A stretch of DNA of 48,128 bases, taken from Haloquadratum sp. (GTDB taxonomy: Archaea > Halobacteriota > Halobacteria > Halobacteriales > Haloferacaceae). A model generated the notes under the pieces. The model did no database searches, was not told where the DNA came from, and was given only the letters and a program-made list of their open reading frames with translations. Shown here one piece after another: positions 47,273-48,128 of the stretch. The position numbers were made by a program, and so were the translations under genes. The stretch is taken from positions 1 to 48,128 of the forward strand of contig JBDGUP010000035.1 in NCBI GenBank assembly GCA_042215815.1, written 5' to 3'. Position 1 is the first letter of the stretch. The number at the start of each line of letters is the position of its first letter.

Positions 47273-48085
47273 TCAGTTCCGGATCGTCACCGGATCGCCG
47301 ACCCGGAGGCGACGGCCGTCCGCGTCGCCGACGGGCCGGGCGAGAATCATCGCCGTGTAGTAGTGATCGAAGGCGTCGGCGTCGGCCCACTCGGGGACCG
47401 TCGCCGCCCGCCGTGCGACGAACCGCTCCCGGAACGCCGGAGTCCGCTCGCCGGTGTCGGGGTCGCGGCTCGGCACGACACAGCGGGCACACGGCTTCAC
47501 TCCTTCGACGCGGACCTCGCCCACCTCGAAGTCGGGCGCGTCGGCCCCCACGAACCGGTCCTCCCAGAACGGGGGCGCGTCTGCGATCTCGACGTTCGCG
47601 CGGAGGCGCCGCCGCGCGCCCGCCACGGTGACGTCGTCGAACCAGGAGGCGATCGTCCGGAGCGTCGCCGTGCTCACCACGGAAAGGCCCATCTCCGGTC
47701 GATCGACGAATCCGGTTTCCTCGTTCCGTTCGAGTGTGAGGTCCGTCCCGAAGAAGTCGCCGAACCACCGCTCGGCGCCGTCGCGATCGCGGTCCAGCCC
47801 GAACCGGCGGGTCTCGCCGTCGGGCGTCGTGACGACGAACGCGCCCTCGTCGGCGTCTGAGTCTGAGTCTGAGTCTGAGTCTGAGTCTGAGTCGGAGTCG
47901 ACGTCGGTCGCGAGGTCGTGGACCCGCGCCGTCCGCTTGCCGTTGAGGACCTCGCCGTCGGCGTCGACGAGGGCGAACTCCCGGTCGCGCGCCAGGGTGC
48001 CGCCGGGGCCGACGGTCGCCTCGTCGACGTCGATCCCGTCGAGGCCCTTCACCGGGTAGACGCGGAGGTGGCCGACGTGTGCCAT
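47273..48085 (-). CDS. MOSC domain protein
   Basis: LRVYPVKGL, DREFALVD, RLRANVEI, KPCARCVVP, LRVGDPV. Confidence 0.9.
   Translation of the reverse strand: MAHVGHLRVYPVKGLDGIDVDEATVGPGGTLARDREFALVDADGEVLNGKRTARVHDLATDVDSDSDSDSDSDSDSDADEGAFVVTTPDGETRRFGLDRDRDGAERWFGDFFGTDLTLERNEETGFVDRPEMGLSVVSTATLRTIASWFDDVTVAGARRRLRANVEIADAPPFWEDRFVGADAPDFEVGEVRVEGVKPCARCVVPSRDPDTGERTPAFRERFVARRAATVPEWADADAFDHYYTAMILARPVGDADGRRLRVGDPVTIRN
47855..47890. repeat. Perfect hexanucleotide microsatellite (GTCTGA)x6 encoding a Ser-Asp repeat in the MOSC protein
   Basis: Read directly; translation DSDSDSDSDSDSDSD. Confidence 0.95.
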
Positions 48086-48113
48086 CACCGGCGATACGAG
48101 CGCCGGAACTATA

Positions 48114-48128
48114 TACTGTCGGACGAAC
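48114..48128. mobile_element. Left end of a subtype-4 element truncated by the window edge
   Basis: TACTGTCGGACGAAC matches the subtype-4 terminus. Confidence 0.6.

Noticed and set aside
9680-48128. Palindromic repeats as a CRISPR array or tRNA-derived sequences
   Set aside because: Dispersed, with no regular repeat-spacer periodicity, no cas genes and no cloverleaf features

Overview
GC-rich haloarchaeal (Halobacteria-like) chromosomal window with acidic proteins, Tat lipoproteins and many apparently leaderless genes. It has about 42 CDSs and no rRNA, tRNA, CRISPR array or transposase. Blocks: (i) a catabolic-looking cluster at 2.7-15.7 kb (lutC, lutB-CCG fusion, SsuA/TauA-type ABC importer, USP, 2-oxoacid dehydrogenase E2+E3 without E1, D-2-hydroxyacid dehydrogenase, IclR, DUF3237), bracketed by two AT-rich spacers; (ii) housekeeping genes (mvaD, acylphosphatase, phosphohexomutase, thi4, thiD-thiN, geranylgeranyl reductase); (iii) a COG1361 surface protein-MMPL/RND-TrmB operon; (iv) a six-gene vWA/MoxR/DUF58 operon, divergent from a stand-alone uS10-like gene; (v) assorted MFS, redox and regulatory genes. 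The most striking non-coding signal is a family of ~80-bp whole-length palindromic elements at about 13 intergenic loci. They fall into 4 subtypes, have TA(C/A)TG...CA(G/T)TA ends and 3-bp TNA target duplications that often coincide with stop codons, insert into one another, and fill most convergent intergenic gaps. All annotation is by eye from motifs; no database searches were run.
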